NCBI GenBank assembly: GCA_951406725.2
Contig: OX597826.1
Coordinates: forward strand, 82,584,001 to 82,648,000
Source: Octopus vulgaris
Lineage: Eukaryota
Direction of reading: 5' to 3'
Length of the DNA: 64,000 nt
Within the stretch, counting starts at the first letter, position 1. The number at the start of each line of letters is the position of its first letter. The notes under the pieces are model-generated. The model saw only the letters and a list, made by a program, of their open reading frames with translations, did not search any database and was not told the DNA's origin. Below are positions 1-14,614 of this stretch, in pieces. A program made the position numbers and the translations under genes.

Positions 1-759
1 AAATATGTAGAAATATGGTTAGAAAGTCACGTATGTAAAATAACTAAGTTTAACTAAACAAAAAAATGAAAATAATTATAATTATAATTATAAAAAAGTG
101 TGAGTCTTGTATTAAATTATGAGAAGGAACAGAATCAAAAACATGAAAGAGGTTAAATCTGTGAAAGGTTAAATGTCAACTTAGGATGCACGAAATTTTA
201 AATTTTGAAAGATATTTAGAAAGTTGAAATCCAAAGAAAAATGTTTTACTCCTTTTCAGTTAATTTAATCAGACATTTGAAACTAGAACTGATGAACAAT
301 TTCTACTGGTTCCGTGGTTTAGAGTATGCTAATATGCTTGGATCCTTAACAGGATAGCTTCCTGACCACTCATTTCAGGATCACTGTATACGGCATGTAT
401 ATCGCCTACAAAATACTCAGGGGTCTTCATGATCTTTCACTGAAATATGTAAATGGAATTTGAATTGGATAATGTGCCGAAACGTGTGTGTGCGTGCGTG
501 TGTGTGCGCGCACGCGCGTGTGCGTGTATGTAAATATAAAGAATGAACATGAATTACCGACAATTTAATTCGCTTACACTTGTTTCGAATATCCCAGCAC
601 AATGCAACTGCAGCACATTGTGGTATGCATATTTAATCGATCCTCCATCTGATCGATTCAGTATCCAGAAGAATAGGGTCCCTGCTTACAAAGCTCTTCT
701 TCTACAAGGTAATATGCCGGTATCTAAAATTGGTATGCATTGAGTTAATGTGGAATGGG

Positions 760-2130
760 TTTGACGAACCATAAATAACTGACCACAGTTCCTATTTTAT
801 TGTCTTCTGTCATCCTTAATGAATACAGACTGTTGACAGACAGTTCTATTTGTCCTGAAATATGTTACAATGATTCAGTAAGTCTACGAAACACAATACG
901 AAAGTTTACTAGTGAAATGTTCCTCTTAATACTTCTATAAGAATCACGCATCACTGAAATGACGGAGTACATCAAAGAACAAATCCTTTGTCTGACATTC
1001 AAATTGCATTCTAGAAGTTTTACAAATTTTCAGAATAATTATTGATTAGTTTAAAAGAAGTACAAAACTCTAACCTCTTTCAAAGTAAGAATCTTCTGAT
1101 CTCAATACAGTTACCGTAGACTTCCAGCCATTTAGTAGAGAACTCTTGAAAGTCCTCCAAAATGAAGGTAACCAGGATCATATTCGCATCTTCTCACTAT
1201 TTTCGAAACGGTTTTCTTTCGGCTCGGGGAACAACTGAAAATCACAAGAAGCAACGTCTGGATCGTAGGGAGGCTGAGGTACATAGTGGACGCCCAGATC
1301 TGTTAAGAAGTTGGTTATCCGGATGGAATTGTAGACTAGTGTATTGTCCTGCTACACGTTGAACTAGCTCTTGACTTTGGCAATGCAATCATTTCCTGAA
1401 CTCACTCACAACCTCCAGAATTAGTGTTTGTTGATCGTCTGATTAGAGAGAGCTCAGTAGAGGTATATGATGCCCTTGGGGTCGAAACAATGCATCACCA
1501 TGTGCTTCCCAGTGGACTTGCCTTCCCTGGCATTCTTGAGTCTGGAGGAGCCAAGATACTTTCATCGTGTATTCTACATTTTGGTCTCCGAATCATGACA
1601 GTAGATCCAACTTTCCTCGCAGTTCACTACAGACTCAAATACTCAACCAAAGAGTCTTAAGAAACACTTCACACGGGCAAACTTCATATCATGAGATAAT
1701 TTGAAATTCTCCGTGAAAAACTATGGAGACAAGAGATGTGGAATATGCAGTAACAATAACAATAACAATTCCAAATATTTGGATATTGATTCCCATATAA
1801 AATTTAGAAATAGATTCTCCTTCCCAATAAATTCAAACAGGAGCTGAAACACACTGAATATGAAATACTTCAATAACTTCTTCACTTAATGAAACTGGAA
1901 ATTCTCTTTGTCAAAATTCATAGACAGCATATCAAACAAATAGAATTAAGACAAATTCCACTGAGTAAACATCTAGAAATATGCAGAAAAAAAGAGATTT
2001 AAGATTTTTTTTTTAATGCTCGAGGGATGATCTAAAATATCAGAAAGAAATGCAAATCTATTTCATAAAAGACATTTTCAACAAAAACTGTGTAAAAAGC
2101 ATGTTTATAAAAACACCAGGAATTTTTTAA
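760..2130 (+). mobile_element. Heavily decayed Penelope-like element (RT thumb + GIY-YIG remnants, Neptune-like), interrupted by a mariner fragment
   Basis: Manual translation: NVPLNTSIRI (916-945; cf. PLE thumb NIPFNxAxRI), ETGNSL (~1891-1908) and IHRQHIKQIELRQIPLSKHLEIC (1916-1984; GIY-YIG R..H...P.S.H...C region). Many frameshifts. Confidence 0.5.
1110..1720 (-). mobile_element. Mariner transposase remnant
   Basis: Minus strand gives WIYCHDSETK, FDPKGIIY, QQDN and PQPPYDPDVASCDFQLFP (cf. mariner PYSPDLAPxDFxLFP). Confidence 0.8.
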
Positions 2131-3246
2131 TCAAAAATATTTCCAAGACGAACCAAAGTAAATAATCACTAGATATTATTAACGATGTTATTATTTCTCT
2201 TACTAAATTTATTCACACACTTTGAAAAACTTTCCCAAACAATTTCAGGGATTCTGTATCTTACTCGATATAGAATCCATGATTAAAAGCAGCCACAATT
2301 TATTACAATTGATAAAATGTTTGACCTTCTTTGGCCTGTCGCACGTCAACTATCCCAGTAAACACTTCCTTCGTTCATCCTGTCTTTAATTATAGTTTTA
2401 TTATTTATCTATTTCTTCTCTAACGAAGCCGCCAAAAATTATGATATACGCTTTGTTTAAACACCTTTACCACGCAGACATATACACACCCATTGGTTAA
2501 ACATTGCAAACAACATCTTAAACAATCATTCCCAAAACATTCTTTTTCGAAAATAAGAAAGCAAATTGAAGTCTTCAAATTCTTCAACTATCTAACATAT
2601 ATTTAAAAGCGATAAATTTACAAGAAACCCCTGTTCCCGCTGAATCGCTGAAGGGGATGGAAACGCTCAGTAAATAAGGAGCTCACGTTTAGTTGTGCTT
2701 CTCCTCTATTTGCATTGCTTGAAATATTTTGTTGATTTGTATTTATTGTTTGTCGAAGAAAAGTAAACGTTAATAACTATATGAGTTTATTCAATTCTGA
2801 TCAGTGTGAATTAACCCCCAGTTATATGCATATAGATGCATATAGATGCATATAGATGCATATGCACATTTATACACATATTCACACACCACTCACACAC
2901 ACAAACATACACACAATGTTGTTATTTAAATTCACTTGAATAACATCCTCCTTCAAAGAAGTGTATAAAGACGTTGTTTCACTTCTTTCTTCACTTTGCT
3001 GTTGATGTTGTGGATAATGTTCTGGTATCTTGATAGAATATATATATTTGTTTTTTTTTGTTCTTGCCTTCGATCTTCCGAATAGAAACAGATAAACACG
3101 TTTAGTTTCATTAGCATCAATTATTGCATTCATAATTAAGCATTGGTTTCCGATGTTTCTGTCATTACCTTAGGACTCATCATTATCATCAGTGACGTCA
3201 TAAATGACCAACATCCTTATCGTGAACATTAAAGTCAATACAGCAA

Positions 3247-3386
3247 CGATGATGATGATGACGATGACGACGACGACGATGATGATGATGATGAGAAGAA
3301 GAGGAGAAAAAGAAGAAGAAGAAGAAGAAGAAGAAGAAGAAGAAGAAGAAGAAGAAGAAGAAGAAGAAGAAGAAGAAGAAGAAGAA
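3247..3386. repeat. Compound trinucleotide microsatellite (GAT/GAC)n-(GAA)n
   Basis: Directly visible; explains the poly-E and poly-L ORFs. Confidence 0.97.
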
Positions 3387-4437
3387 TGTTAATAATAATC
3401 CTTTCTAATATAGACACAAGGCCTGAAATTTTAGGGGAGGAGCCAGACGATTAACGAAGGAGGGATATTGCGACATGAGACACACCACTCTTGGAACGCC
3501 ATTCCTGATACTTTACTCTCATATTTTGATTTTTTGGTGTAGGTAAAACAATAACATTTTATCACTTAATCTTCCAGAGTATCAAGAGCTGGCAGAGAAA
3601 TGAGAGAAAAGCTTAGCTGTGTGGGTGGCTCGTGTCAGTATTTCTATATTCAGCAAGTATATTGCAGTTAAAACAGCAAAGAAAATTAAACTTAAAATTA
3701 CCGGAATTGTAGTCGAAAGACGGAATAAAGAAAAAGAAATTTTAATAATTAAATCTGTAACGACTATACAGCTAGAAAGAAATTAATGTAGTTTATTTCA
3801 TTATGCTAAGAAGGAGAATATAAAGAGTTATGTGTTAAAGTTTCATAAAGCTAAGGAAGTGGAATTCAATGATTATAAATGATATAATTAAAACATTTTA
3901 AAATTCTGCAGTGATTTCATTATTTCTATTTCTATAACATGCCTTAATTGCCAAATATCTCAAAGAATTGAATAAGTATTGTACCATTGTGTACAAAGAG
4001 AAACAATAAATATTCTTACAGATATGACATTAGACATTAGAAAATATTTTCATTAATACATTTACAAGAACGAAATCATAATTAATCCATGGAACGGACA
4101 CCAGAGGAAAGAAGCAGAAACGACGTATCTATGTATGTTTCAAAATATAAACGAATACACATACAATCAATTAGATCCCATATACCTATCTGCCTCTTTG
4201 TACAGTTTATTATATAAATATAAATGACTAAAAATTAGGTGAGATTGAAACACTTTTATCCATTCGAAATTCGGCAAACTAAAGTAATGCTTGATTTCTT
4301 TTTTTTACACGATGTCGCAGTGTAATTGTACATTTTTATCAAATATACGTTACTCACACACGCTTGCGTGCACGTATATGCACATTTATGCTAGCAAAAT
4401 ATGTGTGAGGATATATCATATACATGTAACGATATAT

Positions 4438-4474
<37 letters not shown>

Positions 4475-4519
4475 CGTATGTGTGAGCGCATGCGTGAGTG
4501 TGTGTGCGGGAGTGTGTGT

Positions 4520-4742
4520 GTGTGTTTGGTTGTGTTTCTCTTCCACCACTGCTTGACAAACGATATTGGTTTGTTTACGACTCCGTAACTTAGCGACTCA
4601 GCGAAAACACCGATAAAATGAGTACCAGGCTTTAAAAAAATAAATACGTGCGGGGCGGCAATTTTTTCGGTTAAAGGCCTCGAGCCGCTGCCCCATCATG
4701 GCCGCTGTCCAATGACTGAAACAGGTAAAAGATAAAAGATAA
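4520..4742 (+). mobile_element. SINE family A, diverged 3' half
   Basis: Matches the 3' half of the copy at 28003 (ttgacaa..gtttacg..cttagcg..gactgaaacaggtaaaagataaaaga). Confidence 0.8.
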
Positions 4743-6132
4743 TTAAGATAGTGTATTAACAACCAAATACAACAAACAAGGAATAGAATTACAAACAGTT
4801 TCTGTCTTAGAATGGAGACAGAGACAACGGTATAATCAGTGGCAGAGATTTCGAATCGTTGAGATGAGATGTATTCTAATCTGTCAAATAGAAATAGAAA
4901 CAAGAAGTGCAAAGAACAAATTGATCGCTACGGTGTCAGATATGGGGAAGTTTACAAGAAGGAAACCATAATTAATCCTGCATTCAGGCTTTCACACAGA
5001 GATGAGTATACTCTCACTTGGACATGCGTTTGTATGTGATTATCATATATATGTATAATGCATATGTGCATACATGCACCTATACAAGTAAAAGATTTGA
5101 TTTGTGTCCGTATGTTTGTATATATATGTGTTAATCAAGAAGTTGAAAGTTCTGTTTTGACTGATTTTTGGTACGATGCCAATCAACAGCTTAAACTCAA
5201 AACACTGGAACGGAATATTGATTCGCTTGTTTCCACTTCATTTATTCTGGTTTGAAACTTAATGAATTCCTCAAACGAAGAATAGAACCAAATCGGTGCA
5301 ACTATTAACTCAATATTTCGCGATTTAAGCAAGCGTTAAAATAATCCGGGTAATATACGATGGATAAATTGCAGTGACCTAGTGTATATGGAATTTTCAA
5401 TGAGAAGAAGCAAGGCAACTGCCTGTCCCATTACCAAACCTGACACTAATAACATTGATCTATTGTATTAATATTGTCAGATTAGAATTCTACGGATGAT
5501 TAAACCCATCTTTCGAATGTATATTCACGATATTTATATTTACACTACATCGTGATAGATGTAAACGCCAGTCAACATGATGCTGTTGCACACACTCATA
5601 TGTGTATGTATATGTATGTGTGATTGTATGTGTATGCATATATGTGTATGTGTGCGAGGGTGTGTGTGGGTGTAGTTGTGTCTGTGTGTCTGTCTGCGTG
5701 TGTGCATATATTCATAGGCACATTATATATTTTTCTTTGTTGCCTTTGTCACCCTCTTGTCATTTTTATTGTCTACTTGCTCATCCTTTTCTTCTTACTC
5801 GCTCCCTCATATTATAAACCCCAATGGCATTATAGGATGCTTTAAGGTCCATACTTTTGATTTCGTATATTGGAACAAAGTTACGCATTTTGGGTTGAAG
5901 AAACAATTTAATTAGATTACCAATACCTACGGGACTAAAATTCAAACTTGTTCATTACACTATTTGCAATCAGAATATAAATGTATGGACCAAAAATTCT
6001 CAAAATAAGTGATCGGAAACTCTGCTTCTTGTGCTGTCCACCATGTTTATCGTAGTTGTAACAATTGTTCAAGGAGAATATTTTGCAAGAGACTAAATTA
6101 CTTTAGATTAACGATAGCACTTGTTATTTAGC

Positions 6133-7298
6133 GGGTTGGTTGAGAAGTCCGTTCGGTGTTTTAAGCAAAAATAAGACAAGTTTTGAACACAAAGCAATTC
6201 ATTCAATCAATAATATAATTACCGTTTCGTTCCAGTATATTCTGCTACCTTCTGGGCAGATCCAATATTCTCTCCTCGAAGAATTTCCTGTCGGTACTGG
6301 CGGAAAACTCTTTGAGGTGAAATTTTATATCTCCTTTAGAGTTGATGGGCCTTTTCATTCAATGAACTGTGAAGAGAACAAAACAGTTGGAAAACTAAAG
6401 GCGCAAGTTCGGACGAATATGAAGGTAGGTTATTACGGTAAAAACCTAACAGTATCTGCCGCGATTGCGCAGAAGTGTTCCGGTTGATATCGTCGTGATG
6501 AAAGACAATAGCATTACGATTAACAAGAGATGGTCACTTCTTGTCGATCGCTACATTAAATTTCTCCCACTAATCATAATACAAATCCAAATTGATGGCC
6601 CTGTCTGCGGGAAGAAGCGTATAAAACACAGCACCCTTCCACACCCATCACATTGAAAGCATAATCTTCATCGGGTGATGTTCTCTCTTTGGGGATTGTT
6701 TCTACTGGCTCACTGGCCTTCTCCCACGATTGTTTGCGTTTCACTTTTCTCTAGACGATCCGTTTTTCCACCCCGTTTTTCCGAAGGTGGATCGTTTGCT
6801 TCACGTTTCTTCAATAGATCACAAATGAAAATGTATTGTCCGAAGTTAGGATTATTCAATTGATGCAGGGACTAAACATCGATCCTGATGACGTAGCCAA
6901 GTTGAGGCAGATGGTTCGCAAGAGTCGATTTGGGTATTTGGAGAATACCTGCGATCATCCTAGTCGTATGACGTAAGAGGGTAACAACTGACCCCTTCAG
7001 TTTAATCGAAATTTTCAAAATCACTTCTGGAGCACAGATTCCGTAACAGCATCCTTTCTGTGTACAGGACATATTTGCAAGTTTCCACCACTTTTTTGGC
7101 TTCTACGAAATAAAGAAGCATGAAGTGTGGATAACGTAAAGTTTCGGTCTTTACTTTCAGGTCGACCTGTCTCGTCCCAATTTTGCGTGCAATGACATTG
7201 ATGCTACGCATGTGCAAGGAACAGACACGAGTTAGCTACTGATTAGAGTGGTTGAAGCTTACTGTCGACAAAAACCAGATGGACTTTTCGGCCAATCC
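6133..7298 (-). mobile_element. Near full-length decayed mariner with both TIRs
   Basis: Left TIR gggttggttgagaagtccgttcggtgtttt versus reverse complement of the right end ggattggccgaaaagtccatctggttttt. N-terminal YPHFMLLYF and helix-turn-helix-like IAGILQIPKSTLANHLPQLGY on the minus strand. Confidence 0.8.
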
Positions 7299-7529
7299 AA
7301 AAATTTTATCGATAAGGTAAACATAACTGATAAAAAATATCAACGTTACAATCAGTGGGATTTCAACTCGTAGCGTCATTGCATGTCACCTGTCATCATG
7401 CATGTCACCTGTCATCATGCGTGTCACTCGATCATCTCATTCTATAAGGTAATGTATCTTATCTGGCTGTGTGCCGCTACCGGACGTTCTGCCACAGAAG
7501 TAAAGTGGACATGTGGACATCATCTTCGG

Positions 7530-7686
7530 TCATCCATGGCAGACGATGCCGTCTACTAAATCTATTCAGAAGGGTTTGGTTGACTCGAGGCTATAGTAGA
7601 AGATACTTACCTGAGGTGCCTCGCAGTGAGACTGAACCCAGAACCATGTACTTGGGAAGTAGATTTCTTACCACACAGCAGCCCAG
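7530..7686 (-). mobile_element. SINE family A, 5' portion
   Basis: Homologous to 9440-9590, including the tRNA-like head ggctgctgtgtggtaagaaatctacttcccaagtacatggttctgggttcagtc. Confidence 0.8.
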
Positions 7687-7926
7687 TATAATTTTTTAAA
7701 ACTATCAAAAATTTTATAGTTGATACTTTTAGAAAAAATGCCGACATTTAGGAATTGATAGCAAATGGGCGAAATAGAAGTGAATATGGCATGATATCTC
7801 CTCAGCGGTTCTTTAAGTTGCATTCCTTTTTACTTAGAACTGTTCAATACTTGATTATAATTCATGAATATTAATATCATGGATTATTATTACCCATGTC
7901 TTTTGTGAATGGTTTTTATTAAACAG

Positions 7927-8128
7927 TGGTGAGCTGACAGAATCGTTACAACGTCGGGTGAAATACTTAGCTTTTTCGTCCTTCTTTACATTGAGTTCAT
8001 CTTCCGACTAAGTCTTCTGTCCGTAATTTCGGGCTTGATAAAATATGTACCAGTTGCACACAGGTGTCGATGTAATCAACTCAACCCCACCCGAAGGTGC
8101 TGCCCTCGTGCCAGAAGTTAAAACCAAT
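7927..8128 (+). mobile_element. SINE family B, diverged
   Basis: ggtgagctgacagaatcgtta...gtaccagttg...gtcgatgtaatc; homologous to 47943-48160 and 62045-62345. Confidence 0.7.
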
Positions 8129-9187
8129 TCTTCGTGTTAAATATTGAGAAGACTTCTCAATGTTTCTTCTCAAGCAGACCCCACAGACTTACAATCTTTA
8201 CTCAATTAATGATTATATAGACACAATGTATACTCTTTTGGCTATTCAACATAATTATTGAACAATATTTTCTATATGAATTAATGATAAGAAATCGTTA
8301 TAGTGATTAGCTAAGTCTAATTGATATGTTATACAGTGGTGCTCGACATTTTATTCAGTGCCCTTCATTGTTATTGAAAGGGGTTTTAGAATTACCAGGC
8401 GGCGCTCTCTGATTTTAGAAAGGAATTCTAAGTGTTGATATGCCGTTAATCAATGTTTCTTAATGTTTACTCCAAAGTTTTTAATCGCTACTCAACGAGT
8501 CTTAAAAGTTATTCGCCTTTGATATTCTTTCATATTTTGTGTCTACATTGATTATTAGTTTAAAATACGCAAATACGTTTTATTTTTTTTTAACCGGAAG
8601 TAACCCTTCAGTTTGTAAATGATAAAAGGGAATGAAGGAGCACATAGAAAGGTGGGGTTTACACGCATGTATTTTCTCATAGAACCTAAATCCATGGCCA
8701 TACTTTCTATTTTAGCTATACTGTATCAACAACTACATTATCGCAATGTATTTTCCTTTGTGTAGATAACAATGTAATTTGAGCGATATGTGCTCGCTTA
8801 TTCGAATCAAGCAAGTAACCACGTGCAAACTCCCTTAATTGCCCGTGAATGTGCAGTGGGTATCTAAAGGAAGGTAATAAAACCGCTAATGGCTCATGAA
8901 AATCACCATTCTTTGGGATCAGTGAATAGATATTTGGAATTGATAATTGCAAGAAATTTCTAAGCACACCTGCTCTCATCGCCAGAGCACTATACATCTA
9001 AACTAAGATTAAGACAATACAGATCAAAGCATTGACACAAAGTACCTTATTTGATGCTGGATGTAGAATGGTCTGAGTATACAGAGACGCAAACGCATTT
9101 TCATTACATTTGAAAATTTCTGGTTTGTTGGAATTTGTGTGCAGTGAATTCGCAAAGGATGGAGGGCTGAATCTCATCTAATGGTAT

Positions 9188-9593
9188 ACTCTTTTACTCT
9201 TTTACTTGTTTCAGTCATTTGACTGCGGCCATGCTGGAGCACCGCCTTTTAGTCGAGCAACTCGACGCCGAGACTTATTCTTTTTGTAAGCCCAGTACTA
9301 TTCTATCGGTCTCTTTTTGCCGAACCGCTAAGTGACGGGGACGTGAACACACCAGCATCGGTTGTCAAGCAATGCTAGGGGAACAAACACAGACACACAA
9401 ACACACACACATACATATATATACATATATACGACAGGCTTCTTTCAGTTTCCGTCTACCAAATCCTCTCACAAGGCATTGGTGGGCTCGGGGCTATAGC
9501 AGAAGACACTTGCCCAAGATGCCACGCAGTGGGACTGAACCCGGAACCATGTGGTTGGTTAGCAAGCTACTTACCACACAGCCACTCCTGCAC
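9188..9593 (-). mobile_element. Full-length tRNA-derived SINE family A with 7-bp target-site duplication
   Basis: A-box-like tggctgtgtggt, B-box-like ggttcagtccc, internal (TA)/(TG) tract and (GTAAAAGA)n tail. TSD atggtat at 9181-9187 and 9594-9600. Near-identical to the copy at 28003. Confidence 0.92.
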
Positions 9594-9932
9594 ATGGTAT
9601 GTGTATCTATTTAAAACTGGGATTATATTTCAAGTAGAAAGGCTGAGTGAAAATGAAAAAGAGATTAGTCTTCCACAGTATACTAGACTGGATTTCTCAT
9701 ATCGTTAGTTTATCACGTACCTCGTCCAATATTGAAGAACTGCCTATAAGCGGTACCCATTTAACGCACTCCTCCAGCAGTGTGTATGGTTGGTGCTATA
9801 AAACTCTGCGCTGCGTCACTGAATAAAGATCTCCGATCTCTTGGAGGCAAACCAACAAACGAGAAGTAAATAGGTATTGTATTACTCCTCCTCAATACAC
9901 ACACGCGCACACACACACACATACACACACAC

Positions 9933-9998
<66 letters not shown>

Positions 9999-10539
9999 AT
10001 GTATGTATGTATGTATGTATGTATGTATGTATGTATGTATGTATGTGTGTATGTATGTATGCATGTATGTATGTACATGAGATTTGTTTTAGCGTTCATA
10101 GTGACTGACACAATTATATTTAAGGAACTGAACTGCAATCGCCAATTGCAAGTCGGAAGAAGAGATAAAATTTCAATTTCTTAAATTAAAAAGAAATGGA
10201 AATGACACGCATCAAAATCTCGCGTGGAAACATCATTTTATTTCGGTTCGATCAAATGTGGTTGCGGATATCTTGTTTCTTTTCTTCTTTCTAATTCTTG
10301 TTGTAAAAGTTCTAGGATAGAAAAGTTCATAGAATTAACTATTAGAATTATTTGATTTACTAATTATATATTTTTGGAAATCCAAAAATATTAGGATGAA
10401 GGAAAACAGTTTGGAAGTAAAAATATGGAAATATTCGTTAAAAATCATTGATAAAAAATTCAACAAAACCAAAGCCATTTCTAATATTTTATCAAAATTT
10501 GATTAAAAGAAAGGCAATGTTGTTTTCCTGATTGTAATT

Positions 10540-10710
10540 CCTAGAAAGCTGCAGCTAATGACGTCTTTCCTGAAGATTTCACGTTCTGACGGAATCGGAA
10601 AGCTGTCGTGACATGCAGCGTAAATTTGGCATCTAAATCCGGCGGATCAACTCTTTCTGCTTAACTTATCACAGGTGATCTGTTTTAGAAAGAGAAAGTG
10701 AGAGAGAGAA

Positions 10711-10750
<40 letters not shown>

Positions 10751-11867
10751 GGTGAGAAACAGAGAAAGAGTGTGAGGAAGAGTGTGTGTGTGTGTGAGAG
10801 AGAGAAGGGGTTGAGGTGTGGGAAAGAATTGCTCTCGATACTGGGATGGTAACATAGCTAGCCTGAAAGGTTGAATGTCTAAGTAGATCGAACTCGGAAC
10901 TCTGTGTGCTGAAGAGAGTAATATAAACTGTTTTATTCGACGCGTTAAGAGCAATTCTAATTAGCCCCCTTCATTAACGATTGCAAGGTAATTAGTTTGT
11001 TGTTGTTGTTTTTTAATGTCATGTGACAGAAAAGCAAAGAGCATTAACCCCCAAATGCTTGCAGAAGAGCTTTTCAGTAATCTTAGTTTAAATGTATAAT
11101 ACACTAACACACTCATCTTCTAGTCATACAACACAAACAGTCGCTTCTTTGAAGGCGCTTGTGTCGTATCACTGTCCCGTATGGTTTACTGCGGTAGCTG
11201 GATATTTGTAAGTAAAGTTAAACTTGATCCGGAAGCAAGCATTATCTACTTATATTATTGACTCAGCTAAATGTTACATGTAGGCCGCGTTCACTAGAGC
11301 GAAGAATACATTTGTAATGAGTGGGGAGAAGCAAAAGATGCCATGGTTTGACAATCGCTACGAAGCAAATAGGAGATGTCTATGTCAGATAAAGACAGCG
11401 CGTTTACTGTTTGCTTTGCTTTCAACGAAAACACAGGCACAGCCGCGCGCCAACGCAAACAGAGCAAACGTTGGAAGCTCTCGTTTTTCATTTGTCTTAC
11501 AACTAAAAATTGTTAATGTCTGCCTCAAGCCTACAAGCTGTGTGATGACACAGAGTGAATCCTTCGCTGCTGCGGCTGGTGGTAACCCTTTGTAGTTCAA
11601 TGAACGTGAATTGAAGTGCATTACTCAAGAACGACCACGCCTTGAATGTTCCGGCAGTCGGTCTGACAACCTGAAGATTATGAGCCCAGCACCCATACTA
11701 CAAGATCACGCGACTTCCTTATTTCATTTAGGAAAATCCAACCGCGAAGAAAACACTCTAGATATCCCAACTAGACCTGGGGCCTGGTTTCCGCAATGTC
11801 TCTCACATTAGCCGCAAATACTTCGAATCATTATGTTCTCGTCTTCAACAAAACTAATGCTAGTGTC
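10540..11867 (+). promoter_or_regulatory. Possible promoter / non-coding first exon (unassigned)
   Basis: About 1.3 kb of largely unique, less AT-rich sequence around a (GA)n tract, with a GTCATGTGAC M-box-like motif (~11018) and GTAAGT donor-like sites (~11208, ~11869). No recognisable ORF. Confidence 0.2.
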
Positions 11868-12129
11868 TGTAAGTGCATCCGGCATGGGGTGGCATGAGAA
11901 CTCCTTAATTGAAAGGCCCACAATTAATCTTTATCCAGTTCTCATTTTCTTTTCTTTTCTTTTTTTCAAGTGAAAGTTTCGTAAGTGTTTGCTTCGTTAC
12001 GGCAAGTATTACACAAAAACGACTCAATATCGTATGGAAGCATAATTTTATTTCGGATTGATACGACTACAGATACCTTGTTTCTTTTCTTCTTTTTATT
12101 TCTTGTTGTGAAAGTGTTAAGAATAGAAA

Positions 12130-12620
12130 AGTTCCCAAAATTAACAAATTGCTTGAGTAATGCCATGTAATGCAAAACCAATTCATATTCTTGTGGAAGA
12201 TTTTGACAACACACTCCAGTCATGTCAGTAGGGTCTACTTTTAGAACAGCGTCTAACAACAGCAGTGTTCTATGCAGTGGAATTTGGATTGTGCTGAGAT
12301 TATCGGGCAGACTCATGGCAATTGTGTTTTTGCTCCGAAAAAATGTTGTTGAAGATGAAGCAAATTTATATATGGACGGTTCTCTTCTTAGCAGAGAATA
12401 TTGACATCTTTCATGTATGGTATATTATCATACTTCGTGCGAGGAGTATTAACTTATTTAGTTCAGGAAGTGTTGACGTATTTAACACAGATAATATTAA
12501 CGTATTTAGTATTTTTTCATTGCAGAGATTACTATCATCCTCAATGCGCTCGGTATTAAAATATTTAATGTAAGATGCTTCGGAGGCAACATACGTCTTT
12601 TTCTCTCCACTCGCCAACTT
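12130..12620 (-). mobile_element. Possible very decayed Helitron PIF1-type helicase fragment
   Basis: SGEKKTY...EDD...ILNTL...STLPELNKLILL resembles PGEEKxYxSxD...EFLNSL..SGLPPHxLxL. Downstream QIPL...TGV...LHYMAL is spaced like QFPV...VGL...QLYVAL, but the INKSQGQ motif is absent. Confidence 0.35.
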
Positions 12621-13448
12621 TCAGGGAGTTAACAACTCCTTCTTCCTCTGTTTCTCCTATCTTTCCTTCGGTCACTCGAAAACTTCTCACTCGTCGTCAG
12701 TGGCAAACCATGGCTTCTCTCACATGGCTTCTCTCCCATAAACTTAGTGATAAACTTGCTACAACTACAATGACAAGACATTCTTACCTTCACTGACATA
12801 CAGTCTTTATTTTAACTCGTCGTACTTGACATGAACTTCGAAATGGTTAAAAACAAGCTATGCTGAATATTAACAAACTTTTCTGCCCATATTTTCCAAC
12901 GCATCCTGAACTGAGCACCATGAAATCTTTCTCGGACTTTTTTCAAATACATTCTTCTCAACTTGCCTTATGTAGACAAACGTCAGACTCACCTCCAAAA
13001 TTATTATACCAACATTAAATTTCCTAACCGACTGTTACAATTCGTAGCACTCTGCGCTTAGAACCATGGGAGATATATAGCTAGAAAATCCATATAAAAA
13101 TTCAATGTTTCTTTTGCGGTCTTTATTAACATTTTGATTTCTGTTGAAATTCATTCATTTTGTAACACTGAAGATTTGCAATGAGTCACTCACCAAATAT
13201 TCTTTCTTGATCTATCCAGTTCATTCTGTGATGCAACTTCTATTCATATGTACCACATTCTGAAAGAAAAGCCCGTCACATTTTATATTACAAACTGCTC
13301 ACCTCAGTGCATACGTACTCTGACTGCGTTATATACATTTCTTTTTCCAAAATCTAGGAAGACATTCGACAAAGTAAATTTTTGATAACTTGTGACACAT
13401 CTTGCTAGTTTGGCGACAACAATAATTTGCTGAGATTTGGTAAGATTA

Positions 13449-13486
<38 letters not shown>

Positions 13487-14568
13487 GCTCTCTCTCTCCC
13501 TCTCTCTTCACACACACACAAATGCACACATACACATATATCTATGTATATATAAATAATATAGATACACGCATTACACACACGCCCACGTACACATATA
13601 TACACATATATCTATGTATATATAAATATGTGCATTACACACAGACACACACAAACACACACACGCACACACACAAGCATAGGGGCAATTAAGCACCCTG
13701 TGTACCGTTTCTCCCATTCTATCTCTCTCATTGTAGATAACTTTGGATGTTAAGAGTTCATAAATACAAAATATAATCAAATGAGATGGATCTCTTCCTC
13801 CATTTTACGAAACACTAAAATTTAATGAATATTGTTTACCAAACTTCACAAGGAATTCTTTTTTCTAAATGATAATTAGAATACTACATAAATCATGGCC
13901 TCACTCATGGGAACTTAGCTCACCTTGGAAACTTACTTCACTTCACCAATATCTTTGTAAGTCCACATGTCACGCAGAACATAACCAATAATAACAATCG
14001 TATGCTGCAACTCAACATAGGATCACTATTTATATTTACGCCAACATCAAACTCGACGCAATAAGTAGCATCGATGCAGTAATAACCGAATGAGATGATC
14101 GGTTTTAAATAAATAACCTGGCAGTTGGATTTGTACGGTATTCTTTCACTGCGATTCATAAACACTAATTATACGCACAAGCCGCGAGCGTGCATACAAA
14201 TATTCGCACGTATGTAAGTGTACATACTTGGATATGTATATGTATATATATATATGTGTGTGTATGTGTGTGTGTACGTGCAAACCCGTTCCTCTAATAT
14301 TCCTACTGCTATAGATGCTCTCCTACTAATTTCAGCATAGCGAATTCATTCTTTTGCCTGTTAATGATCAGAGAATCATGAAGTGGCACAAACTGGTGAT
14401 TTGGGAATTTATTTTTTGATGTGTAATTTGTGTATATTCACCTGATGAAAACGGATTATTTTGCATGACGTAATATCTCTATTCGTCAAAAAAAAGATAC
14501 ATTTTTGGAAACAGCAGCAGTGAATGGAATGAATCATTATCCACATGTTGACTGATGTGCCGGTGTGT

Positions 14569-14614
<46 letters not shown>

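Noticed and set aside
3150-3190. Minus-strand ATGATGA-GTC..GAC-A-GAAA motif
   Set aside because: C3 is missing and there is no stem I; it lies beside a GAT microsatellite.
10565-10612. CTGAAGA...GAAA-gctg-TC hammerhead-like string in unique DNA
   Set aside because: Stem I barely pairs, stem II is out of register and there is no pLTR context; compatible with chance.
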